Origin: Iphione sp. A-MEVVRFRX5
Taxonomy: Eukaryota
DNA length: 64,000 nt
NCBI GenBank assembly: GCA_976226885.1
Contig: OZ320313.1
Span: forward strand, 64,418,001 to 64,482,000
Direction of reading: 5' to 3'
Part shown: one piece after another, positions 52,183 through 64,000 of the stretch
Position numbering within the stretch: the first letter of the stretch is position 1
Layout of the letters: the number at the start of each line of letters is the position of its first letter
Notes under the pieces: generated by a model
The model's input: only the letters and a program-made list of their open reading frames with translations
Told to the model about the DNA's origin: nothing
Databases searched by the model: none
Translations under genes and position numbers: made by a program

Positions 52183-52239
52183 ATGGGAAACGGGGGAGGC
52201 GGCAGGTGGCAGCTGGCTGCTAGAAGATGAAGGGAAATG
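52183..52239 (-). CDS. Candidate msn linker exon: HFPSSSSSQLPPAASPVSH
   Basis: aatcctcag acceptor, gtaaat donor, 57 nt phase 0 to 0, Ser/Pro-rich. No homology evidence. Confidence 0.3.
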
Positions 52240-55200
52240 CTGAGGATTAACAATTGGAACTGGACGCGGAATCCGGCTTACAGCTGAATGGTTGGTGCAC
52301 CGGGCACTGGGAGGGTGTGGCAAAATAAACCTGCAGGGCAGCCCCGTCTATATGTGGGTTGGGAAACGGCTTGGCACGATCTGCAGACAGGGGGTTGGTC
52401 TATGGACAGGTACGTGAGGGACAGATGGAATACAAATGTGAACAATTATTAAGCCGAGAGGATAACTGGGTGGGATTCTAGTGCGGAAAGTGAATACGGG
52501 CTGGCGGCAATTCGACGGAATACTAAACGGGGTTAAATCTGCACAAGTTATGCAGTTCAGTTTCCGACTGCTTATAATGGTTGGGGGTGCAGTGGGTGGC
52601 GGAATCTTTTGACAAACGGAATGGGAACCACATTTAATGCAGACGACGTAAACCGTGTTCAGCACAGACCCTGGAAGGAGGATAGCGTGTGCAGTAAATG
52701 ACAGCCGTGATTTGCTGCGGGCCGCCAGGGTGAGCCGCGGCAATGTGGGCAGCTGTCAGCGTCGCTCCTCCTCCTCCTCTTCCCCCCCCCCCCCACACAC
52801 ACACAAATGTCACCCAAAAGGTAGGCTTGTGTAGTGCCTGTCAGCAGTCCGCGCGTCTCGCCCTGCAGCCTGAGAACTGTGGATGCGGTTACGGAGTGGG
52901 GGGGGGGGTGTCGACGGGGACCACGGCCGAAAGCGGAGACTGTCAGTGGGCGGCGAATGGGTAGGGAGGGTAACGATTGGGCGGGGCTTGAAGGGTAGAT
53001 CGGCTTGGGGTTGGCTGTGCCTTTCATGTTACCCTCATCCATCGTTCATATCACACCACAATGTGGCCTGCAAGCAACCAGATTGTCATCATGCCCTTAC
53101 TAAATCAGGCCCAACCACCCACCACAGCACCCGACCACCAAGCCATCCATCCGTACGTTCATCCTCCCCTCCTCCACTTTGCTTCAAACCTATCCGCTAT
53201 CCAGGGCCAGTGACAAAACGGGAGGAGGGAGACGAAGAATAAAACCTGCAAACAGCAGATTGGTGGCCACTATCACCGCTATCACAGCCACCTTGGCATC
53301 CATCAAATGCAGCCATCGACATCGCCACCGCCATGGAATGATTACAGAATAACCATCCCCCACAAAAATACACACACCTAACCACTCCGTACTCTAACCA
53401 GCGCAAATATTATCAGAAGGACAACCCATCAAAGGCCAGGAATCATCAACCTCTTATTAACACCCTTCATAACCCATCCTGCCCCACTCCCACCCACTCG
53501 ACCACCCCCCACCATCACTCACGAATCACTGCCTTCTTCCCAAGCACCTTTACCGGCTCCCACCGATGCCCAGGAGACTTGCCCCCCAGCCACCCCCAGA
53601 CGCCCTCCCCCATCAACAGCAGAGGGCTCCGACTCTGACAGTAACGCAGGACTCATCAAAGTTTGGCGGTGGGGTCAGTGTGATTAGGGTTGGCGGGGCG
53701 GCGACAGATCGGCCGAGGCCGGGGCCCTTTTAACCCTCATCGGCCTGTCCGTGCCACGTGACAGCACACCTTGACAGAGGCCGCCGTCTAACGGCGGACA
53801 GAATCAACACGGACGGCGCACAGAGAAAACAGCCGGCGCCGACGACAGTAAGAGATGGAATGAAGGTGCGTTGGTCCACACCTCAGCCGGCGCGCGGCCA
53901 TGCTTACCCAGGAGAGGAGATATCTTGGCCAGGAGGAGGGCAATTACCGAAGGACAACAGTGAGCGCCGCGAACTCTAAATCTGCTAAACGGCTTTCATT
54001 TCACGGCCGCTGTTGTTCCTGATTTCAGCGAGCATTACCGAGAGCAGCCGAGTGGCTTAATTTCAAAACAGCTTCCGCCACAATTTTCATTGCTTCCGGC
54101 GTTTTACTTCACATAATTTGCTTCATTCTCCAAATGCGAATAAAAACGAAGCAAATTGAATGGGTAAAATCCCGTTCTGCAATTTATGAATGGAGTGTGC
54201 GCCTGATGTCAACTATGAAATCTGTTAAACCGCCTAAGTTTTCTTGGAGGGAGAGAATGTGTCTCTCCTCATGTTTACGGGCTGTTCCGGTAACCAACAC
54301 AACGACATATGAGAAATTCGAAACCTCGCCGATTCATTATGTGATACATTTCGACACTTGGCATTAACTTTGCCCGAACACTGAAAATCTTTTCATGAGA
54401 TACATGTATTCAAAAACGCCGGTAGTTGTTCATGACGTAAAACTCACAAAAACAAACGTAATGTACTAAAAGGTCTTTTGAAGAGGTCCAAAGTCTTTTT
54501 TAATTCAAGAACAACCTTGGGTGCATTACCCTTCAGCACAGAAGGAGCCCTGGATGATCTGTGAGGTCTTTGATTTGCCGAGGTCTTCAATTCTAAATAT
54601 AGACTTCCTGGAAGACCTTTAATTTCGACTGAATGACTCAAGATGGGCAAAAAAGAGGGCACCGACTTTTTACTATGAAGCGTTTTAAGAATTTTTGTCT
54701 ATAATGATAACTTTGAGCTTTTCATTTACAAATGGTCGCATGATCCCCAAAGGAAAAATCTGTCGGCCTAATTTGCGAACATGATTCGAATCAAATCGGA
54801 ACGGAAAAATACACCAACGTCGGGATGTAATAATACAATGTATCAGAGAAATAATTAGGAATCTGTTTCAACAAAGCCCTGATTCACATTGAAGGTGGCG
54901 AACAGTAGCGTAAATTATTTATTAAGGCGCTCATAGTGAATAGAGTTGGTTGCCGCCACCTGTCACAGGCCCGACCGCCCGCCACGAGGGGATCACACTA
55001 GCACTCACTGAGCCCGGGATATCGCCGCTGATTTCCAGTCAAATCGCCAACCTTGAATCACAGGCGTCAGAATCGACTGAAAACGAGCCCAAACATCAGG
55101 TCCATGATCTACTCAGTGGACATGTATGTATGGCATGTATACTCAATACTGTAGATCTGGTTCAATCAAAACTGTACTGGTTAATTTCATTTAAAGGTAA

Positions 55201-58200
55201 ATGTCTTCACTGCTTAGGTGAAGTAAACTGTTGAGTCCAGCAAACTGAAAGAACCTTTGCCCGCTGAGCTGCGGCAAGACTTGACGGCTTTGGAGTGTGG
55301 ACGACGAGGAAGGGCGCTTGAATTGTTGCACTCGGTGCTCGGCTGACAGGGATTAAGGAACGTTAGGGACAGTGGCTCAATCTGACGAGTGTCTGGGCGA
55401 CCTCTGCCAACATGGCGTCCCTCGGAGGATCCCTTCAGCCTCTTGGATCTTGACACACTTCACCCCATCGCAGCCGATTTCCAACCAGCCCCTGTCCTAA
55501 CCTCCTTCTGTAGGCCCACTAACCCTATCCAGATCCAGATTCTACCAAGTGAATGGGGTCGGGAGGAAAAGGCGACAGAGAGCATAGATAGAAAGACCAA
55601 CACATATAGAGACAGTTATACAGTGACACACTTCGATAGAGATAGATCACCCATTTGGGCTCTGCTTGACGCTTTTATCAACCCTCTTTTTATTGCGCAT
55701 CCATACTGGACTCCTGCACGTAATCAGCCCCTGGCTTCCAACCTTAACTTGTGCCTCCCTGCACAGCAGGACCCCCTCCCTCTCCTCCTTACCTCCGTCC
55801 TCGACGCCCTAACCACCATCCCTCGCTCTGCCTCCACACCAGAAGCGGCAGGGAGCGCATCCAATTCGCCGGCCTTAGATATTCTCATTATTTGTCTCCA
55901 TTTGCATTCCCATTGATCTTTCCTGGGGCGCTCTTTTTTCTCCCTCCATCTCCCTTGAAGAAGCTACGGCTACGGCTTTGAGTGCGCCCGCCTTAACAGC
56001 TACAGACCGGGCGGGCGGGTGCTGGTGGGTTGGGTGGAGGTTGGATTTAGAGGTAAGGTTTGACGGGTAACGGTGGTCTGGCGGGGAACGACAACACAGG
56101 GACAGACAAGGTAGGGGTGCTGCATACAAGGTGGGGGCGCACGGTCCGTACATAGCAGGAGACGGCGATCAAGTTCAGGGGCATAGACACCATTGGTGCA
56201 TTACACGGTAGAAGAAGGAGAAGCAGGAGGTGGAACTGGGTTGCAACTGTGATAGACGATAAGAAAGCCAGGGTCTACACATCTGGGGAGGGGAAAGAAC
56301 ACGAGACCAAGGACGACCAGACCTCGATAGGAGGGAGACAGATTGGCTAGGTCGGCAGTAAGAAACCTAGCTTGGGGGCGGAAGTATGGGAAACAAGTAT
56401 GAGGGAAGCGAGCTCTGCAGGCAATATGACTTTAGTTATAGCGGTTGAGTTATTCTTTCCCCCAGGAATACGAGACGTCCTATTGCTGATGGGAGAGTGT
56501 ACAGAACCACTCATATAAACGGAAACATATACCATAACCGAATTATGCGTCTGCACCAATAGTCATATGAGACTCATACCGCAGGCGAGCAGCTCATTCG
56601 AGCTATATAAGCAGATATGCAGGGGCCCGCTTCTACTTTCCATATGACATGACTCAAGACCTATCTTTATCACATGTGGGTGTCCCTGTCAAGCACACTG
56701 GGGACTGGTGTGTGCTCTGAAAGGCATGACCTCCTCTCAGAGGCTATGTTTACACACGGCAGTTTTAATGTCTTTCATGCAGTTTGCAAGTTCTGACAAA
56801 TACTTTTTTGGGTCACCGCCCAGGGATGTATACTTCTGGAAAGAATTCGACTTTGGTCATGGCGACTGACCACAGAAGTCAAAGACTAATTTAACCAATA
56901 AGCAAGGACCGGGGTGAGGGTGTGACGTTACGCATTGGAAAAGGCAACAGGAGCAAGAACAAGAAACAAGACAAGTACAGTATGAGAGCATAAACATAAT
57001 GCAGATTTAAAGGCAACTGATAGCCACAAAGCAGTTTCTAACTTTACTTGTGCATCATGAAAGAGGGCACTAGTCAGAAGCTTGAAATGGGAATCAAAGA
57101 TAAGCCGAGCAGCGTGCAGTGGGAAGAGGATGAGAGACGGAAAGGTGGAACCTGCTCTGACAAGTTTGACATTCCCTTATGGGAATGAGTGCACAGTTCG
57201 GGCACTGGTATAATCAGTAAAATGAAACAGGATGATTTTCCATGCTTTTCATTTCGATTGCTTATCACGGTTATTATAATGATGCTGTGTTGCGGTGACT
57301 AAGCACTTAGACCTTGAGCTTGGGGCCAGGTCAACTGCAATTGTTATGGCACAAGCTCTCAGGCTTCATGCACCCTTGCCTGTACAAAGCAGAATATAAC
57401 ATGTTTCATTGTTACGATGGCGAGCTGGCAAAGGAAATACGGATACCAGGACTGGCACATGGCAAGTAATTTACAGTGGCGCAGGGACAGTATGACAAAC
57501 ATGACGGGTGGGTAAGCGCTTTTACTTACAGAGGAAGAAACTAGTCTGCAGTAAAGAGTAAGGGAAACCAAAGTGCCAAAGGGAAGCATGTAAAAGCGGA
57601 AGAAAGACAACATGTGTGCGATGCAGCGGCTGTTGGCAGTGGGAGTAGGGGATGTAAGGGTGGGGGCTCACGGTACGAGCCAGGTAGCCGGCGATGGGAA
57701 AGGGCAGCAGGTGCAAAGGTGCGGCGGGTGGAGGGAACGGCAAGCAATGGACAACAGGCAAAGCAGGCATTACTGTAGGCTCTGGATCTTGAATTAGTAG
57801 TTTCAGAAGACATTAACACAGCGCCGCAGGGGACATCCCACAGTGGGCGGGCGACGAGCGTCAGGTGGGGAAAAACTTTCCAATTTCCGCTCAGTGTTTG
57901 TATTCGCGAAATCAGTTTACAGGCCTAACGCTGACGTTTTACAGAGTTCGCTGATGAAAGTGTAAATACCAATGTATAACCGCTCAGCCATATGAAGAGA
58001 AACAATATTCTGTTATGCATAGAGGCTTCTGCAGGGGCCCAGGAATAACTACTACAGATGGTGGTGCTTCACGGCGTGGATGTGTGAACGGACGAGTATA
58101 TTGGCTGTAGTTCGGTTAAAAAAAGGCTTCGTTCAGCATCAATGGGGCCCCCTCGCGGAGAAGCGTTTTGCCTCACCCTCAGGCATCAGCATCGCCCACT

Positions 58201-61200
58201 GACGATCCCCCCCCCCCCAAAGACATGGGAAAAACAGGGAGTGGTGGAGCGTCATGTAGAAGCTCTTTAGATCTCATGGTCACGCATCACTGCACAGACT
58301 CCACTGAACGCCCTACCTCCGAGCAACACCCTATCAACCAGTGGCGCCTTGGGTGCTACGTGTAACTTATCACGAATAAAAAAAAACAGTCAATAACCCA
58401 TCAGACTACTCCCTTGGAGTGGCTACCTTTTTAAACGCGACAGCCCGCCCTAAGGTGTTTCCACTAAGGAAACTCCGTACTAGCTGATTTTATGAACGGA
58501 GTCTGAATACAGAGGAAAAGTCAGTCGGATGTTGGATGAATCTCAGCTACTGCCTATTCATGCCCTCTAACGGATTAATATTATATATCATGTCATGGTA
58601 ATTAGTGAAAACTGAACATTGTGCCTTTCTGCAAGTTATTGAATGTGAAATTGTAGACGTGGTCTTAAATGAAGGTTTTACATGAGCTGGGGCTTAATAG
58701 ATGCCCTTAAAGAGACGGTGGTTAGATTAAAAGAGAGAGTTATTTTTGCCAAGCGACAAGTATATTTTGCAGTTGTCGGTTGTGGGTTGTGTATTGCAAC
58801 AGTACTGTTTAAATTGGGCTAATTAAGTTCGCAGAGTCGCAGCGAGAAAGTATCATTTCACAGCTGAGGTGTTTGACTATTGAATCGCTGTGGTGTTGTC
58901 ACAAGACCAAGTGGGCTGTGGTGGTGATGTTTTATCCGTAGCGCAGGAAACAAACCGTCGCTTTTACCCTCATCCAATTCATCACTCTCAAGTCGGCGGC
59001 TGCTGAGCGCTGCCCGGCCGGTCAATAATTGGCCTTTGGCGGGAAAACGAAAGTCCACTTTAAATTAGTCCCAAAAGATGGCACGCGGTCCAAGCTTTTA
59101 ACGAGCGAGTAAAAGAATCCGAGAGCCGCCGGCCGGGTCTTGCCGACCCGGCATACCGCCCGCCCAGTCGCCCATCCTCCAACCCGGCCCGACGCCACCT
59201 CTAATTGAGACACTAGAAGGAGACTCGTGATTTCTCGCGTTGTTGTTAACGAAGATGGATCACGTGACACGCTGGGGAGGTCTCTCCTGGAGAGGCTTTA
59301 GCTGAGACCAGAGCCTCGTCGCATTACTCCTGGGTGAGATGTCACAGCGCCCGTTCACACCCAGAAAACACCAACTTCTAGGACCACGTCTTTGCACCTC
59401 CCTCCTCGCCCTTGCTTTTTGTTCACTTCTCTTTAGAAGCAAACCTCAGGAAGACCATGGCTCTGTCTCTGCCTGCTTTAAAACAGCCCCTTTTTTTAAG
59501 GATACTTACTCAATCGTACCGATTTCGCGCGATGAAGCAACCTCCCCATCTATCATTCCCAACAGACCTAAATCTATATTTCCACTTTTGTCTATCACTC
59601 TCTTGGAATTGCCTGCGTCGCCATGGCCATGCTGCTCTCGTGTCCTCGAGGACCCTTTAAAAGCACCACTAACGAGCCATCTCCTACAACGATACCTGCT
59701 CCTTTCTGTCCCAGTCTAAAATAATTAGGCACCTCTTGCGTATCTCCTTTCGTAGGCCCTTCTTAAATGAAGGATTTCATCTGAATCTCCATTAACTGAT
59801 CGCCTTCCGGGTCATGCCCTCCCTGTCTTCACATCAGGTTTTCTGCTATACGCCTGTAGTGTTGTTCCCTAACCAACTCTCATCACCTATCATATCGCTC
59901 CCAACCACTTACACCGGAAATCTGAGCGGCAAACCTCCATGTATGCCCCTGGCTTCCGGAAACCACTCCGTAACGTACAGATGTTTTGCCGCTTTCCTGA
60001 AGTATTTCTCTCCATCAATCGCTCCCTTTGCCCGCCATCTAGATATCTTTCCTGCTCCCAGGCCCACTCTTACTAGCCCCAGCCCCTCGACTGGTAAGTT
60101 CTTCCTACAGTAGTGTCCTTCTTAGGGCCTTACCTCCCCGAAAGCACTTCCCTATAGAGCATCCCCGACCTACACCTCTCCTCTTTTCACACCCCATATT
60201 CCATTTCAAGCTCTCACATATTCTTGCCCTTCTAGAGGCCAGTCCTTGCAGCGTCGGTGTCGTCGCAGGCTGACAGCTCATCAGCCACAAGCCATCAAGC
60301 TGCATGGAACCCTCACCTCACAAACGCTTCGCAGCCGTAAAACATCGCCGCCCGGTGCGACTCAAACGGGCTCTCAAATACCAAAGACAGAGGCGAGAGT
60401 TTTAGCCGACACTAACGCTGGGGTATAAATCTCAATGAGCGGCCGACAGTAAAAGAGCGGCTTTCCAACAAGGCCCGCCTCTACACAGGTGGGGCTTGCA
60501 GTGCCACCTGCCGTCTCCTACATCACGCTCTTTGGTGGGCGCGTCCTTAGGCTGCGCGCGCACGCGCCCCAACCTGTCACGTTGCGGCGGGCGGCGCTGG
60601 TGAGCGTCAATCAAGTCTAAATCGGACTAACTGACGGGACCGGCAGGTTACAATTACAGTCCACGACGGTAAAGCCACGACAGTGTCGCCGTATTTCTTT
60701 TCATTTTTTCGTTGGGCCGGATCTATTAGTGTTATACATTTCACACTGCCCGGCTATGTCTTCTGGCGGAATAGCATACGTGGACACTTATCTGCCAGTA
60801 GCGTGGGTGTATCGTAGGTTGAATCCTTTCATTGATGGAGGGCTTAGCAGACATTTGTTTGTGGACGAAACAATCTCCTCAGAGGATGCATTCTTCTTCG
60901 CAGTATGTAAATGTGTTTTCCCTCTCCGGTGTAACTTTACCAGTGCAATATCTTTTTAAAGCTCGTCGGGGACTTTTCTTTGTTTCTTCTTTATTGTGGA
61001 AACTATGCATGTACTGTGAAGCGTGAGAACTCCATTACAACAAAAAACACAGTAGAAACAGAGACACGAAAGTTGATAAGGAAGCTGCTGTATGGTCTTC
61101 TTGTTCCCCGCTGATCTCACTAGAAAGCTATCGTTTATCAAACCTCAGGTTTTTCTCTATCTTGGGTAACGAATCATATCACAGTCTTGGTAGATCAAAC

Positions 61201-61331
61201 GGGCGATGTTATCATAACCAAGCTAACAGTGGTGTGTCTGATTAAGTATTATTTTTCAGTTTATATCACCTGGGAACAAGCTAGACAAGCTGCACAGGGC
61301 CCTAAGGAATTTCATCAAAGACTGTATAATA

Positions 61332-61510
61332 CAGTGGAACCTCTCTACTACGGACAGCAAAGGGACTGACCAAAACTGTCCATAAAAAGGGGTGTCCTTT
61401 ATAGCAGTAGTATTTAAACATGATTCTATAGATTTGCTTCTGTTTCCAGCCTGTCCATAGTGGGGGGGGTGTCCTTTATAGAGGGTGTCCTTAGTAGAGA
61501 GGTTCCACTG
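61332..61510. mobile_element. Young Tc1/mariner (Tigger-like) MITE, 179 bp
   Basis: 25-bp TIRs with one mismatch (CAGTGGAACCTCTCTACTA[C/A]GGACA; 61332-61356 and 61486-61510). TA on the left flank, CA on the right. Confidence 0.9.
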
Positions 61511-61626
61511 CACACCATTACCTAACCCCCTTTCCATATACTACTTACAATCTAAGGGGGCCTTTTCTGCCCAACGACTCTTCGCTGTTCCTGAAAGTTA
61601 CACAGCAGGCACAACAGCAAACCGTT

Positions 61627-61678
61627 CAGACAGACAGCCAGACAGCCAGACAGACAGACAGACAGGCAGGCAGGCAGA
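61627..61678. repeat. (CAGA)n/(CAGG)n microsatellite
   Basis: Read directly. Similar short GACA tracts occur at ~5155-5175 and ~50782-50805. Confidence 0.85.
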
Positions 61679-64000
61679 TTGCCAATTCCAATGGCACCGA
61701 GTTACCCAGACAGACCCAGACAAAGACAACAACAAACGCGCAGGACGCGCCACCGTCAGAGAGCTCATTAGGGATATACTGTACATACACGTACACAGAC
61801 TGTGTCCAGTATGTACTCTAGTGTCTTTACTAGTGTCTTCTAATATTGTGAAGACGGAAACTTGCTGGAGGCATAGAAGACTGTCACATATATTTACTGC
61901 AGTGCCAGCTAATTACTGGTCCTAATATCCCATTGGATCAGCGCCAGTCAAGCCGTAATGGTTCTTCCCAGTTCTGAAGGGCCAGATACTTTCAAAAACA
62001 TTCTTTCATTTCCCACGTCGTTCATATAGAGTGAATGGGAGCTCCTCTCACAAGCTTCATGGATATATAGACTTATGTTTGACATTCAATCTGCCTTGTG
62101 TACCATGCCGTAGGATCAAATCTTTCGATGTGTAGGGCTTGTATCTAGCATAAACCATAAAATGGCTAGGTTTGCCAGAAGGAGTTTATTTCATTTCATT
62201 GTATTTTTAACCAGGAATATATTCACCCATCAGTATCTATATCCTTTAAGAAACCGTATCCATGACGCGTACTAGATTATACGGGTCAGGAACCGACAGT
62301 GTTCCCCCGTATCACTCTGAGCCTGATATATTTATGTACACAAGAGGAATTTGCGCAATTTCGGAATTGTGTGCTTTAGGAATTGTGTACTAACACTACA
62401 AATAGACTTCAAAAGAGAAAATACATGTATGCATATACCTCAACCTTTGATAGGTTCATTTCAGAGATACTTAAATTTGCTTTTGTGCATGAAATGCAAA
62501 AGGAAACTAACTTGTTTATTTAGGTAATGAATTTTTCGTTGTGTCTGTCTGTCTGTGTTTGTTCCATTAATTTCACACAAAGCATTTTCAAAGCCAAGTT
62601 GCTTTTGGAATATGAGAAGACATTTCACCTGTTGGTCGGATATTTAAATGTCTCCTACCAAGCGTTGCTCCATTCAACAATACGGTAATTTGCAGGTGTG
62701 AAGGGACGTCTGTGGTGTACAGCACAGACCCTGGGGACATTCTACCCGAGGAGTAATTAACAGTCAACAGGTGAGACGCGTCTTTTATAATCAGCACTGC
62801 TCTCCTATCACTATATGCCAGAATGGCTTTGATAACACTTGTCTGTTACCAAGTAACCACTTTTCATGTATACGTTGCACTTTAAAAACGAATGTCCTTA
62901 TGGAGGCTCCACGGTCTACGTAATAAAACATCTGTACTGGGAATCATCTGAACATGTCTGTCCGTCTGTCAATGGGTCAGTGTCCAGGTTCTCTTGCTAT
63001 AAGGCAAGGACTTGGTCTCTCGATCCGAACAATCAATGTGTCGATTATCTGTCCTATCTCCTCTACGCCAGTCTGTCTGTCTCTGTCTGCTTGTTTGTCT
63101 TCCCTATCCACCCACCCAACCATAAGCGTTTTTAACCTACTCGTTCTCTGTCTCTCTCTTTCTAGCAAAACGTGCATCAATAAGGTACTATTCGTAAAGT
63201 CTTCCGTAACACGGCGGCATCGCCTGACCCCACCCACCTTCACCTCCCTCCTGCCGGGCCCTCATCTGACAACAAAAATCCTCAGAGAGAAGAATAGCCT
63301 CGCTGTCAGGACGCCACCATTTTGGTCGTGGCCCGTCAAGCTACCACGTGGTCTGTCAAGCCAGGGAGCATCGATTCTGCGACCGCTATGAATACAATCG
63401 GGCCAACACTTTATGAAGATGGATCAAGCGTCATTCTCCTGTAACCATAGCAACTGAAGCGGGCCGCGCGCTCGACGACGGGACAACACCCCCCCCCCCA
63501 TAGCAACCCTCACCCCAATAATGTCTGTCCCTTTGGAGAATGCACATACATCAGGAGGCGAATCAGTCTAAGTCGCTTTTCTATTTTGCCGCGAAGATGG
63601 TGGGTGTCCGGCATTTAAAACAGGCGGTAACGGTTGGTGTACTGTTCGATTACTACACCTTGGCATCATGGTTCAGCCTCAAATAAATCTCCTCTTCCTA
63701 GAATGCTCCCAAAAGCTTTGAACTGCACGTTTTATGGGAACTGAAACAGCTTTCCCGGTTTTTTTTTACAGTTCTTTTGCAGCGGTGAATGAAACTAAAG
63801 GGAATTTCATGCTAACTGGAACAATTTAGCTTCTGAAGGAGACATAACCCATCATAGTTGCAAGACTAATGGTATTTCTTCTCCTCTTTCGCTCATAGAA
63901 CGCGCACTTGTCTGAAGCTGTTCTACGTATTAATTACTTAGCGTACCGGACGTATGATCTTTTGACGCAGGAGTCCCCTTGGCATCCGACGTCATCCTTC

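Noticed and set aside
55389-55916. 175-aa + strand ORF
   Set aside because: No recognisable domain; it is a patchwork of low-complexity purine and pyrimidine tracts, antisense within an intron.

Overview
This is metazoan nuclear DNA, probably from a protostome invertebrate, with two assembly gaps. Bases ~1-14,060 are a CpG-depleted block of dead mobile elements: a 5'-truncated Ty3/Gypsy pol remnant (-) followed by ~2 kb of unassigned coding-like sequence, a decayed piggyBac transposase (+), a Tc1/mariner-type MITE, a CR1/L2-type LINE ORF2 (+) interrupted by a short insertion, and a structurally complete non-autonomous Helentron-like (HINE/DINE-1-type) element. From 18,122 rightwards lies the 3' part of a misshapen/MAP4K4/MINK1/TNIK-family gene on the - strand. 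I could splice 11 GT-AG exons in frame (1,500 nt, 499 aa plus stop), covering the end of the linker and the whole CNH domain. I recognised no kinase-domain exons, so they are presumably beyond 64,000. The introns hold a tRNA-derived SINE, a young MITE, microsatellites, about nine RFX X-box-like motifs, a CTCF-like motif cluster and a promoter-like patch. I found no rRNA, tRNA gene or CRISPR array, and no convincing new biological system. The strongest oddities are TE-restricted CpG depletion, an excess of poly-G/C over poly-A/T tracts, X-box enrichment, the post-integrase Gypsy region and the intact Helentron-like element. All counts and motif calls were made by eye.
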